Part shown: positions 48,895 to 61,316 of the stretch, in pieces | Layout of the letters: every line of letters starts with the position of its first letter | How positions within the stretch are numbered: position 1 is the stretch's first letter | Assembly (NCBI RefSeq): GCF_000143415.4 | Contig: NW_003314283.1 | Coordinates: 923,734-987,733 of the forward strand | Length of the DNA: 64,000 nt | Direction of reading: 5' to 3' | Origin: Selaginella moellendorffii | Taxonomy: Eukaryota; Plantae; Lycopodiophyta | Notes under the pieces: model-generated | What the model was told of the DNA's origin: nothing | What the model saw: only the letters and a program-made list of their open reading frames with translations | Database searches by the model: none | Program-made: the position numbers and the translations under genes

Positions 48895-49553
48895 TCACCG
48901 GAGGTGGTGTCTGCCAAAGCTTTGTTCGTAAAGATCAAAGCTTGGTTTTTGATTGACAAACCTGAGAGTTTCTTTGGTCGCTCTCCGGATCTTACACCGG
49001 ATCGTTGGAAGGCCGAGCTTTTGATGTGCTTCGAATCGATGGCACCCGGAAAATCCTGCGCGAAAGAGATTTTAGAGCAGCCACAAGAAGATCACGTAGA
49101 CTTACCATAGTACTGCCCATCAACCTCCAAGACATCGATCTGGCCACACACACACAGTTTTTGGTTCTTCACTTCACTCTAGCTTTGCTCTTGAATCGCT
49201 CTTGGAAAGGAAAGAAAAGAGTTTTCTTACGGGCTCTTGGAGGCCGATCTCCGCAATGCTGTCCATGAGCGACTTCACTTTGTCGGGATCGTTTGATCGA
49301 GTCCGGAGTAGCGGCCTTCGTATTTGCTCCAGGGGAATATCAGCCACGATTGGGCCCCTGCGCTTGCCAACAAGGGAGCCTAGAAAGAAATTCCATCCCA
49401 AAATCATTCGAGAATTTCGCTCTAGCGGCCCGAAATTTCGATCAAGGAGGAAAGGATCTTACCATTCTCCGATGCCTCAGTGGCGCATCGCACTCTTCCA
49501 GCGCACGGACGCAGCGGCAGCGGCGCTATAATCGTTCCCAACGCTACACGCAT
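48895..49553 (-). CDS. SRX: Sulfiredoxin, organelle-targeted
   Basis: IPLEQIRRPL, LMDSIAEIGLQEP / IDVLEVDGQYY / GFSGCHRFEAH; N-terminal transit-like peptide. Confidence 0.93.
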
Positions 49554-50534
49554 TCTTGAAGAACCCTAATTAAGACAACCACAGAAATTTAGGGTTCTTG
49601 GATGGCGGCAAGAGAAGGCGCGATGGCGACAGGTCAGTACCTTTCTTCCACCTCGTTTTTGATCGCGTCGCGCGCATTTTCTCCTCCCTGGATGGATTAA
49701 ATACCTGGAGGCGCTTGCGTAGCGCGTGCTTTCTCGTGATTGCTTGCGATTTCTTTGCTCGCTTGGCTTGGCTCCTCTTGCTTGAATTTTTGTTCTTCTT
49801 TCCAGCTCGCGGCTAGTGTCGATCGAGCAATCGATGAGCAACTAGATAGAACAAGCCAAGCGGTCAGCTATCAGCCTCTTTGTTTTTCCTTCCACTCGAG
49901 CCTCATCAATCCGACAAAATACGTCATAAAGGCTCTTGCAGCCGGCAACATCCGTTTTTATTCAGTAATTCTGTACAGTTTCAGCTCGACAAAAAATCTC
50001 GATCTTGATCGATCGATCGATCACAGTGGAAAAGAATTCTTCTCGCTTTGTTTCTTGTGTTCTTGTGTTCTTGGGATACTTGGTTGTGGGTTATGTTAGA
50101 AAATAATCTCGTCAATCAATCAACCATTTCTTCTTCTCTTTCCTTTCCTTTTTTTCTTTTTTGTTGCTTTTTTTCTTTTCTTTTTGTAGCTTTTCTTCTT
50201 TTTTCCTCACTCTGTCGTTCGCTGCGTTGATACACGCACACTTAGACTAGAGCTGAGCTCTTGTTATCTCGATTTTGCAACAGCATAGTGAAGAAAAAGG
50301 GGAAGGGAAAGTGTAGTACCTGAATGAATGTGTGTCTGTCTGCTGGGTGTTCTTATTGCCTATCTCCTGTTTTTTTTTTGCAGTTGCTCTTTCCCTTGTT
50401 GGTGGTCACCTGATTGGATCAAAGAGCTCGTTTTCGTGGAGTTGCTTGGCGTGCTTGCTATCGGATGCGTGTGTGCTACGGCTGGCCGGTATATGAGAGC
50501 TGCTGCGATAACGTATTGAGCTTACTTCCCTCCC

Positions 50535-51454
50535 TTACAGAGCTTGTCCCAGGCGAAGCTCCAGGTCTACATTCGGGTCGTAGTCCTGCAGCATCTTTTT
50601 GCGGTCGATTGTGGAAACCGGACACGACGGAGCTGGAGGAAATGCCCCAAAACGGTTCTTGCTGTCAACCTGCTGGAGTCTCGAGACCCTGGAAGAAAAC
50701 AATTGGAAGTTAGAACATCGTATCAACGAGAAGCAGACCAACTGGTTCCTAAGCAGGAAGGAAATCTGCAGATGTTACGGTATGAGATAAGAGATACGGG
50801 ATACGAGAATACGAGATACGGGACAAGAGATGGAGAATTCGGAAGGGACGAGAAAGATTACGAGCTGTTTTGCGGAGACGTGGTGGTGACGGTTGAAGTA
50901 GTGGGGACTTGGTGGCAGACACCGGTGCCGTTTGCTGGGGCTGGAACAGGATAGAGCCAGCAAAGTCCCAATGCAGGTGCTGCTGCGCTGGTAGAAGAAT
51001 CACCCGGAGCACTGGCAGACGCTGGATTGTTGGTGGAGGAGCGCAAGAGGCCGAGCTGATTGGCATACGCTCTCTCGCGCCTGTGGACGTTCATGTGTCC
51101 TCCCAGAGCTTGAGCGGTGCGGAATTCCCGTGCGCAGAAGCTGCATGAGTAGGATCGAGGAGGCCACTGCTCGCTACAACTTGCAGCATCTTCGGCAAAC
51201 GCTCTCACCTCCCAGGACTCATGATCCACCGCTGCTGCTCCCGGTGCTGCTGCTCTTTGGTGGTGGCTCTTCCAAGCCATTGGCCAGCCAGCTCCAGGAG
51301 CTATAACTGGTGGTGCGTTATGCCAGGCACCATTGCGCTGCTCGGGCTCGTGTTCTTCTCGCTTTTGCTGCTGGAGGTGGAGGTGGAGCTGGTGCTGTTG
51401 CGGATGCTGCTGCTGCTGTTGCTGGAAAGAAGGCACCACCAGGTGAGCAGCCAT
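50535..51454 (-). CDS. SUPERMAN-like single C2H2 zinc-finger repressor with EAR motif
   Basis: [33 protein letters not shown]; predicted intron 50861-50689 joins to ...NVDLELRLG. Confidence 0.88.
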
Positions 51455-53540
51455 ATATTTCGCTCTCGCAATAATTTTTTTCTCCTTTTTCCTCTAGTTT
51501 AATCAACTGTTGCTGGAATTGGACAGCTTGATCACAGCAGCAGCAGCGGCAGCAGCGGTTTCAGCTCCATCCAATATAAAAGCTTCCTGCGTAGAAGAGA
51601 CAATGAGCGTCCTCCAGCCCGATTCTGGTGTCTCGGGCAAAAAGGAGAAAGAGAGAGGCAGGAGGAAGAAGAAGAAGGAGGCGTAAGTACCCGAGTACTG
51701 AGCTCCACGCTAAGGCTTTCAGCTTTCAGGTAGTTAAGCTCTCTATTCTATGGCCTCCTGTGCATGACTACAACTTCTGGGCCTTAAGCTGGCTACTGGA
51801 ACTTTGTGTGCAGGTGCAGGATCCTACTGACAGTGAGTGTGATTCACAAGGTACTTGCAAACGGGCAACAGACCACATCTTAAGTGGCTTCTCTCCGCAT
51901 TCCCCTGGCACAGTATCAGAGAAAGGATGGACTTGTGTTGTGAGGTATGTATTTGTGCGTTGTATCACACTGCACACTCTCATGCGGTCCTGCATTCCAT
52001 CTCTCCTTTTCTTTTCAGGGGTTGCAGCGGACTCCCCGCGGAAAGGAGTTGTGTGCTCACAGCTCTAATAGGGAGATGGAGACCCGACATATATATCGTG
52101 TATATATACCAAGGAGAGACTGTCACTCACAGCAGGTAACATCGCATTCACTGCTGCTCTGGAACGCGTTTTTTCCTTCCATCTCCTCTTTCTATTTTAT
52201 GTTTCCTCCTTGTTTTTCTCCACGAGTTTTGTTTTTCTCGACATTCCTTTCATGCTCTTGCCTCACCCTTGGCTTTTTGTTTCCTTGTGCATAGATGATA
52301 TCGTTTGAAAGTAGCGGGATGCACAAGCAATACTAATCGCAGCAGCTATGATACTCCGGCAGGAATAGTACAGCGCCGCAGCGAGCGGTGGGGCGGAGCT
52401 TGACAGATCTTGCGTGCCAGCCACCTTCGCCAACTTGAAACTGCTGGAGCTCTCGACACGCACATTGTCAAGTGATCAGGAGGTGGATGTGGATGGACAC
52501 ACAGGCAGCGCAGGTAATCGATTATATGGCTTTGGGGTGTAAGCTGATATTCTCTCAGGTGAGAAGAACGAGGTCGTTTCCATTTTGGGTGAGCCGGCAA
52601 GGACTTCTCGTACTACTTCTCTCCACCGGTGATGGTGTCGTGTGGTTATCTTAGTCACTTGGTGCTTAACTTAAGTGGCTGTTGGAACAGTGCGATCGCT
52701 TCGACATTCCCAAGGGATCCAGTAGCTGTGATAATTCGTGGACAAAGAGCAGGAGCGGTGGGCGAGATTGGAGATGGCACGCCGAGAAAACTCCAAAAGA
52801 GGTACTTTGGAGTTTCTCAAAGCTTGAATGGAGTGAGAACTCTCTCGGACTTAACTCCACAGGCCGGCAACCGGCTGGAAGCAAGAGCAAGGCGACACCT
52901 CCCGCTGGCGAAATGCTGGCCGGAGGATCTCTCGCAAACAACAACTTGGATTTGCCCGAGTGACAAACAAGGTGAGTGTTTGCTTTGTTGCTACTTTTGC
53001 ATTATAAAACAGCCTCTTGTTTCAATGCCCCACTTTGGCAGCTTCCATGGCAACAAAGACTCTGCGAAGGACCGAGTGAGGAAAACACTGGCGTGATCGC
53101 GAATAATTTCGCGCGTAGTTTAGCATTTGGACTGCGAATCCGAGGACTAAAGCCGCATTATCTTCGTCCCAGCCTCGACGAGCAAGCTTGCTCGGTGTTT
53201 GATTGATTGTCCCTGTGGACTTTGCCCGCGAATGCGCGCGCGCCACGCGTCGCCCGGCCATACGCCACGAAAGGAATGTTTAAAAGCGTCTTTGAGATAA
53301 AATCTAGGCTGCCAGCTTAGTGCCACGTGGCGCTGGGGATCTCATGGGTCTTGTTTAGGGTTTGGGCGATCGGCGAGCGAGCGAGCGAGCAGCGCCGGCG
53401 GCGGCGCGGCGGCTGGAATTCACTCAGGTGAGAGCCCAGACGATCTCCTCCAGCTTTGATTTCGTGATTCATCGGCCTGGAGCTGCAATCATGGCAATGT
53501 GGCTGTGTATTTATTCGCATTCTTACTTCGAGCGTAATTA

Positions 53541-53580
53541 CTCTCTCTCTCTCTCTCTCTCTCTCTCGCTCGCTCTCGCT
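53541..53580. repeat. (CT)n microsatellite
   Basis: Directly visible. Confidence 0.9.
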
Positions 53581-54297
53581 ACCTGTGAGTTGCCCCGCCC
53601 CGCGCCTGAGCTGCCAGATCGGTGTGAGTGAGAGTGGCGATTTTTCGTTTTTTTTTAAAATTTTTTTTTCTTGGGTTCCCATTTTGGGTAGAGGAATGAG
53701 AATAATCTCCTGTGATCATGCCTGTTGTTCTGCTTGTTCTGCCTGTAAGGCCTGGTTTACCAGTTATTTCCATTTTTTTTCTCCTCTCTCGCGAAGTCAA
53801 CAAGCGAAAAGAAAAAAGAAAGAAAGAAATGCAGAGAGAATTTCGTGTGGCTCCACTGTTCTCACAGATTGTTCTTTCCGTCAGCTCATCAGCCAGTGGC
53901 ATTTACTTTGTGATGGTTTCTTCGTCTCATTTGGAGCATTGATTCTGGAGAGCTTGTACAAGCAGCTTTCTAGCAGGGTGCCGCTTTCACTTGGAGGTGA
54001 CTTCTTTGCCTTGCTTCCGAATCCCGGGTCCATCTTCGACATGATATCTGATCTCTGTTGCGTTCTTGTCAGGCCAGCCAGCGAAACTCACTGGGTGTGC
54101 GATTTTCGGCCAGATTTGGACCAGTCCCACATGGTATTTAGAATAGTCTGGACGGTTCTTGATGTAGGCAGTGTTTGAGGAAGCCGAGTGAGTTATTACA
54201 ATTGGTAAGTGAAGCCAAAATCATCATACTTAAGGCTGCTCTAATGGAACTTGTGTGTACTTTCAGGATAGCGCCCTCAACCAAAGTACTGGAAGTT

Positions 54298-55610
54298 ATG
54301 GATGGTTTGCTCGCCTGGGCAGCTGATGTTGTTGGAGGTGGTTCCGACCCGGAATCTCCTGCCGCCAGGGCGTTTCTCGCTTTTACTCCGGACCAGCTCC
54401 ACGAGATTGAGAGGCTGGATAGAAGAGCTTCGGAGCTCCAGCGGAGTTTGCAGCAGCTGAGGCACCGCTTGCCTCCGGCAAACATTGCACAGGGTCTGCC
54501 TCACTTGCACGCGGAATCATTGGCTTCGCAGTCGGCACTGGCACTTGAGCTTCACGCTCACTCGGCCTCACGCATCCAGGTATTGCAGTGTCGGTGTCCG
54601 CAACGTTTGTGGTGGCTGCTCACTTTGGTGTTGCTTTCTTCCAGGCTCAGGTGAGAGAGTCGACTTTGCAATCTGACATTGCGGCTTACAAAAAGGCACT
54701 GGCTGCAACTGAGCAGCAGGCAGTTGATCGATCCCGTGAAGCACAGGAGCTTGAATCATCATTTCAGGCAAGTTGAAAAGAAAAAAAAAGGTTTATTTCA
54801 TGAGCTAATTTGGCTGTGATATGAATGTAGGAGCTTGACCAGCTGGAGCAGAAGCTGAGAGAAGAGTACGATTGCCTGGAGAAAGAGTTGCGTGCGCAGC
54901 GCGATAGTATTGAAGAGCTAGAGGAGAAGGTACAGGAGGCCTCGCCTCTGGAGGAGGAAGAGGCGAGCGAGCTTCAGTCACTGAGAGCCGAACTGGTAAT
55001 AAACTCGCCTCCACGATGCTATGATAGACATGCGCCATTATCGTGCAGGCAAAGTGGCAAACAAAGGCTGCAGAGTCGAGAAAGGAGCTGTCGATGGTAG
55101 AAAACGAGGCCCTGGCATGGCCTTCGTCTGGTAGTGAGTTTTGGATTACTTGGTTGTCGCGAGCTTACGGTTGTCAAGCAGCTCAGCGAGAAAAGGACTT
55201 GGAGCGGCGCTTACGATCCCTTACAGAGCAACTTACGGCCAAGCAAGTATGTGGTTTTCAATCTTCCTTCAGCTTTGCGTTCTAATTTCTTCCTATGCCA
55301 GGCACAGGCCGAGAAGCTAACTATCGAGCGTGACAACTTGGAGGCGCGAGTAGAGCATGCAAACCAAGCACGGAAGAATCAGCTCGTGGAGAGCTTGGCT
55401 CACACGGTGAAGAGGAACAAGATCGGAGTGAAGCACTTGCTAATGGATCCATCAGAGCCTCAGAGAAAGTATCCTAGCCGGGGAGGATTGAGCAGCAGCC
55501 TTGGCGTGTTCCGGACGAGCCTCGCCTTTAAAGCGCTGGTAGTGGGGTACGTCTTCCTCCTTCATGTCATAGTTCTCGTGGTTCTTTCGAGCAAGCACAT
55601 TGAAGACTGA
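54298..55610 (+). CDS. Plant coiled-coil protein with C-terminal transmembrane segment (golgin-like topology)
   Basis: MDGLLAWAADVVGGG...RLPPANIAQGLPHLHAESLAS, multi-exon heptads, C-terminal ALVVGYVFLLHVIVLVVL. Confidence 0.75.
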
Positions 55611-55686
55611 AGATGATAAAAGGTGGGCTTACTTTAGCAACTTGTGACAACTATTTAAGTTCGTCGCTTTGTTGTTCTAGGTTGAG

Positions 55687-55890
55687 ATGGCTAGGACTAA
55701 GCAGATGATCCGGAGGAAGTACTATGACGATGAAGATGACGATGAGTATTGTGAGAATGAAGATTATGAATATTATGGATCCAAGCACGACGATACTCAA
55801 CCACAGTACCCTTATTTGACAATCGAATCACAGATGCCCGGGTTCCATCGATTTAAGCAGCTGGAGATGAAAACCACGGCTCGCCATTAG
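55687..55890 (+). CDS. Short acidic ORF or pseudogene exon starting with histone-H3-like MARTKQ
   Basis: MARTKQMIRRKYYDDEDDDEYCENEDYEYY; a GT donor follows just after the TAG, suggesting a broken multi-exon gene. Confidence 0.4.
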   Translation: MARTKQMIRRKYYDDEDDDEYCENEDYEYYGSKHDDTQPQYPYLTIESQMPGFHRFKQLEMKTTARH

Positions 55891-57081
55891 CTACTTGTTG
55901 TAAGCTTTTCACTACCTTTTTGTTTAAATTTTAGTTTTTTCCTTATCGTTTTCCAATGAATTTTCTAGAACTTAACAGGACCTCCCAAAAACATGGTAGA
56001 AACATTGGAGCGGCGGAACTAGCGCAAATTTGGAGCTGACCGTGGAGACACTTGTGATTTGTTCATTTCATCCTCGCAAGGGTACCCCAACATCTGAGTA
56101 TCTCTGGCAATTACGACATTTTTTTTCTGTAGGGAAGCTTAAGCTCTTTGTCTCCCAAGGACGGGAATCCACGGAAGCTCGCTGGTGTGATCTCTATCGA
56201 CACTATAGACTGGAAGGAGGCTCGATTTCGCGCGTCAGGAGATCTTTGACAACATAGAGAAAGGCTGCCAAGATCCCATCTCTCTCTACTTTTTCTCTAA
56301 TGAGTCCAAGTGGAACTATACAGTCCTCGATGTGGAAGGCATCGTCGGTACTAAATGTGGAGGAATTGACAAGTCTTCCCTGCCTGGCAAGTCTAGTTTG
56401 TTCGATAGTGCTTGAAAAGAATGATGTTTTGTTGTGCAGCTTTCAGAGCTCAATGCCAGTCGAGGAGATCAAACACGGAAGAAATCGAGAAGAGGCTATC
56501 GCGAAAGCTGGACGAGACAAAGAAGTTTGTCCAACTGGGAAGTATCTCTGTGGAAAGCTCTAGAAGAACAACGATGTGAGTTTTTTTGTATATATATCTA
56601 ACAGATCTTTAACTTTCGATTGATAACAGCGGTATCCTCTCCCGAGAGAGGACACCTTATGCAACTCTAGAGTTTTGTACGAGGGACTGCTGCGAGTGAT
56701 CGTTGGCGAGCACGTAAAAGAATGGAGCGTGGAGGACGTTTTACCTCTGATGAAAATTCTCAGGTAGATCATCCTCTTCTTCTTTTTTTCCACTAAGTGA
56801 GCTTCTTCTTTTGCTTCTTTTTCGGATGCGCGGGCGCAAGAGCAGCACGAAACTCTTTCTCGAGAGCTGCGAGAAATGGTTTGCGCTGCTCTCGACATCT
56901 TGACGCCAGAGCTGCGCAGCCAGTTTGAAGATCAGATGGAGTCTTTCAAGACACTCCTCCAAAAGCATTGTCTAGCATCAAAGTCACGAACCACAATAAA
57001 GATGGAAAAAGGTGTAATGAACGGCTGAGATTTGCTAGATCCACTATATCTGGGCCTAGGGTTTTGTGGTTTTTGCAATCG

Positions 57082-57798
57082 ATGAAGGCCTTGTGCGTGG
57101 TGGAGGGCAATCGCATCGGCGACCAGAGCTGCTACAAAGAGGCGGACTTCTCCCACGCCAAGCGCAAGCATCGCGACGGCACCTGGAGCTTCTTCGATTC
57201 CAAGGTAAAAGAGGTGGACGATGATGGTAAGACGCTGCCTCGAGAGCCTCCTTTTTTGCCTCCTCCACGCACCAGCAAGCCGGTCTTGGTGCTGGATCTA
57301 GATAACACACTTGTGTCGTGCTTGCTGGATCACCACGGCTCGGATCCCGGGGGTAAGGTTTGCTCATACTTCGTGGCCAAGCGACCCGGAGTGGACGAGT
57401 TCTTGCACACCATGGCCAAGCACTATGAGATCGTTCTATGGACCGGCTCTCGCAAGCGCTATGCCGACGGGGTTTTGGAGGTTTTGCCCGACGTGTTCTC
57501 TCACAGGCTCTACAGGGTGGACAAGAAGCTGGCGAATTTGGGGAGGGATTTGCGAAAGGTGGTGATGGTTGACGACTGCCGGAGAGGGGGCTGCCCTGAG
57601 ACGGACAATCTGATTGTCATCTCGCACTACGTCCATGATGGTCGGCATGAAGCGTGTAGCAAGCTCAAGGAGGTGGGCGAGATTCTCGTCAAGATGTCTT
57701 GGGTGGAGGACGTGAGGGATGAGATGAGGAAACTGAGGGAGAGCGGGGTGCTGCAGAAGATTGCTGCTTGCCCTCACGCCTGCAAGGTACGCGGCTAG
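57082..57798 (+). CDS. SCP/FCP1-like (NIF domain) HAD-family phosphatase, divergent and intronless
   Basis: VLVLDLDNTLV, KRPGVDEFL, YEIVLWTGS..YAD, FSHRLYR, LGRDLRKVVMVDD. Confidence 0.85.
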   Translation: MKALCVVEGNRIGDQSCYKEADFSHAKRKHRDGTWSFFDSKVKEVDDDGKTLPREPPFLPPPRTSKPVLVLDLDNTLVSCLLDHHGSDPGGKVCSYFVAKRPGVDEFLHTMAKHYEIVLWTGSRKRYADGVLEVLPDVFSHRLYRVDKKLANLGRDLRKVVMVDDCRRGGCPETDNLIVISHYVHDGRHEACSKLKEVGEILVKMSWVEDVRDEMRKLRESGVLQKIAACPHACKVRG

Positions 57799-60765
57799 TA
57801 GTGCAAGTGCACCGTTAAAACTGTATAATAAACAAAAGTTTATTCTGTCTTTAACTATTATACTATTTGGAAAACAAATACATGTCAATCTTGAATTCCA
57901 TATTACGCATTTTAAGTTTGCAGCTCATTTGTCCATCCCTTTTTTTTTTCTTTTTCTTTTCACTAAAACATAAGGACTCAAGAATACTCTAGTGACCATG
58001 AAGAAAGAGAAAGAAAAAAATTAATGTATATGTTTTTTTCAATTTAAGAATGTTTTATTTCACTGCTTCCATTTTGTTAAATTTATCCATAATGAACTCC
58101 AAACTAATAAATGTGTTTGGTTTCTTCTTGTGCATGTAGTCTACTAATCTCTCATCTATGCTGCTCCTTCTGTAGAAGAACTTAATTATATTTCTGTATT
58201 TAAAAGGATAACTATAATATTACTTATTGCAAAACATAGTATAATTATGTGAAATATGGCTAGATCAATATATAGTTTATTCGCTTAAATATTTTTAATA
58301 TATTCATCTTTCCAATTAAATAGAAAGAATTTATATTTTATATATAAGATCTATAAATACATATATGTATATAGTCTAAATAATACATTAATTATAGTAA
58401 TATAACATATAGCATATAGAGCATACTCATATTTGTGAACATAAAGGGCATTATAATTTGTCCTTAGAAGGCAAAACTTTTTTGTAATAGCGTTCATGAT
58501 TGTGTTTTTGTTTTTATTCCTTCAAATTTAATTAGTTTTTCTCCAAATCTAGGATTGTATATATATTAGATTTGTTCTTCTTTTTCCAATTTCCATTACA
58601 TTTTCTTCTTCTGCCATACCATGTTATTATTGATTAAGGAGTATATTACTTGAGGATACTAATGGTGCTCTATTAGATTGAGTTTTTGGTAGTGTAGAGC
58701 ATGATTATATCCCCATCCTTAGTGTGTTGTTGTTGTTGTTAGCTTTCATAGGATATTATTACATAGTGTTTTTTATTTTTTATGTCTTGATGTCTCTCAT
58801 TGATTATGACATTGATTGAAAAGTTATAAATGATGCAGTTTGATTCTTGGAGAATAGTTTATGGGAAGATGATATTACAAATTTGAGTAGATTCTTACTG
58901 ACAAGATATTCAATTACTTTGAAAATATCTTTGGAAACAAATTAAAGATTTTTATAGAGTAAATATCAATCTTTTAATTTATCATTTGATACTTTATTTT
59001 TGCTCTTTCCTAAATTTTTTTTTCAGCTTGAGGCAATTTCTCATGTTCCTAGTGTTTCTTCCTCATTTGAAATATTTCCTTCTTTTAGCATGTTAATTAT
59101 TTGTGACTCTTATGATTTTCATTATCAATTCAATGTTAAATTGAGTGTTTTTTATCCTTTTCATACTAATTTAAATGTTAACCATATGTTTGAAGTCAAG
59201 AATCTTGCTTCTTTTTTATTGGTAAAATCTTTGATCAATTTTGGTGTTAAATATTCCTCTGTTCCAAAGTTTATATAACTTTTGCTAGAGTTTTAACTTG
59301 AGTATATGTCTTTAGTTATAAATGCCACTAAAAGCTTTTCTTTTACCATTACTACTAAAGATTTTCTGTGTTCTCTTGAGAATATGGACTTTTTTATTAA
59401 TTTTCCCACCTTGAGTTTTGTGTTGAGGAGGTTGAGTGGTATAAATCTATTGTTTATTTTGTGATAGCTAAAATATTTTACAATAAGAAGTTTTTATTTT
59501 CCAAGCTTTGAGCATATTTCCTTCTTTTTATTTCCTCATTTTCGTCTTAATAAGTTATTAAAATTCCTCTTATGATAATTTTTTGCACTTTTTCTTCTTC
59601 TATAATGTATTTTCCTCAATTTTTTTTATCTTCTCCTCTTTATTGTAACATTTTAAACTTTTTTTAAGAGGAAGGAGTAAAAAAGTCTAGTTTTGACAAT
59701 AAAGTGAAAATGAGTGAAGTGATCAATCAGAGGATGTAGAAATAAGCTTTACTAATTATTATGAATTCAAGTTAACAATGGTCTCGAAGGATGGCCATTG
59801 GATAGACTTAAATAGAATGTATTATTTATTACAATAGTGTTTTGTAGACTGTAATGGTTTTCAAGTTTTTTATTTTGGTTTAAAGTTATAACTTTGAGGT
59901 TGATTTGAACAATTAATAATTACACATGGAGTTGTAATTAGTTAATTGATTAATATTTATGCCATAACTTTGGGTTTTAGTTTTATCATGGTTGTTACCA
60001 ATTCCATTATATAAGTTGTAGGTTCTTATGGCAGTTTATAATCATCTAATAGAATCTTCAGATATTTTATTTGACTTATCATTGTCACTTTTTCATCTTT
60101 CGGAAAGAAGGATGGTATAAGATCTGTAAATATATATATGTATTACCTTGTCTAATTAATATATTAATTATAGTAATATAGAATATGAGGTTTATACCCA
60201 TATTAATATATGATATAAACTGGTATATACTCATGATATTATATATTGTTAATCTATGGATTTTGTTTATGACTTCCCTTTTTAAGTCCAGTTTACTTGG
60301 TGATACATATGTGATAGTGATACATAGAAGTTTCATTTACGTGTGTCAGTTGTGTTAATTTGAGAAAAAAAATCTTTTCCACTAAATGACATCCTTACAC
60401 AAATTCATATTCAGAAAAGAAAAATAATAAAAAAGAAATAATTTTGTAAATTTATAATATCACATTTAAATTTTAAAGAAATGCATATATTAATCAGAGT
60501 TTAGACCCTGCTCAATTAGGATCATACATCCATAAAAAACAATTTTTTTAATAGATAGATAAATAAGTAAAAGAAATCATTTTTTTTTTCTTTTTGCATT
60601 TGCAAGTGTACTATTTTGGCAATAGGCTTAATTCCAATTCTTTATATTTCCCAGTGTTATGTCCTCGAAGCGCGCTCACATGAAGAACACCATTGGTGGA
60701 TACAAATTAAGATTTCCTTGAATATAGTGGTGGTGTCATTAGGCCTATAACTAATTTAGGAAAAC

Positions 60766-61188
60766 ATGTATAGTCTTCGTATTCTCTTCCTCTCCTCCGT
60801 TATAATTTTGGTATTTAATACTGCATCTCAGAAAGAAATCTTTGTCACTCTCACAAACTATGTCGGGAGTGACTTGAAGATCGCTTGTCAGTCTTCTACA
60901 CACAAGTCTTTGATGTCAAATGGATTCATGGAAGATGGTAGCACTTCTAGCTTCCAATTTGAGGGTAACGACTCAACCATCTATCATTGTGAAGTATGCT
61001 CTAAATATGGGCATCAACAATTTGACATATTTGGGGGACATGCCCCAGGGAATTGGAAGAATGCCACAATTGATCAAGTCAATTGGTTTGTATATGGATA
61101 TGGAATTTTTGCTGCCAATAGTTGTATAGATCAAAGAAAATGTTCCATCAGCAACCTAAGTAAATGGTATGATTGGAAGGCTTGGTAA
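60766..61188 (+). CDS. Secreted S-protein homolog (SPH / self-incompatibility S1 family)
   Basis: Signal peptide; V.L.N....L.I.C.S, F.F....TIYHC, FDIF, W.V...GIF and terminal YDW pattern; intronless. Confidence 0.8.
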   Translation: MYSLRILFLSSVIILVFNTASQKEIFVTLTNYVGSDLKIACQSSTHKSLMSNGFMEDGSTSSFQFEGNDSTIYHCEVCSKYGHQQFDIFGGHAPGNWKNATIDQVNWFVYGYGIFAANSCIDQRKCSISNLSKWYDWKAW

Positions 61189-61316
61189 ATTGGTTGAAAA
61201 AGTTTTTCATCCAAATTATAAACATTGAATTTAATAAGGTTTGGCTTAACTTGAAATTAAACAAAACCAGAAGCGACGTGTGGGAAAATATTTCTAGGGT
61301 TCTTCGTGGAAGGCGA

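Noticed and set aside
48895-49553. Functional link between sulfiredoxin and the ParB/Srx-MTase gene
   Set aside because: Same superfamily, but SRX is an ordinary conserved plant gene 45 kb away; coincidence
51820-52135. miR156-like hairpin (tgacag / gtgctcac / ctgtca words)
   Set aside because: No full mature miR156 sequence or proper fold-back
58000-60700. Decayed LINE or other TE in the AT-rich tract
   Set aside because: No diagnostic motif readable
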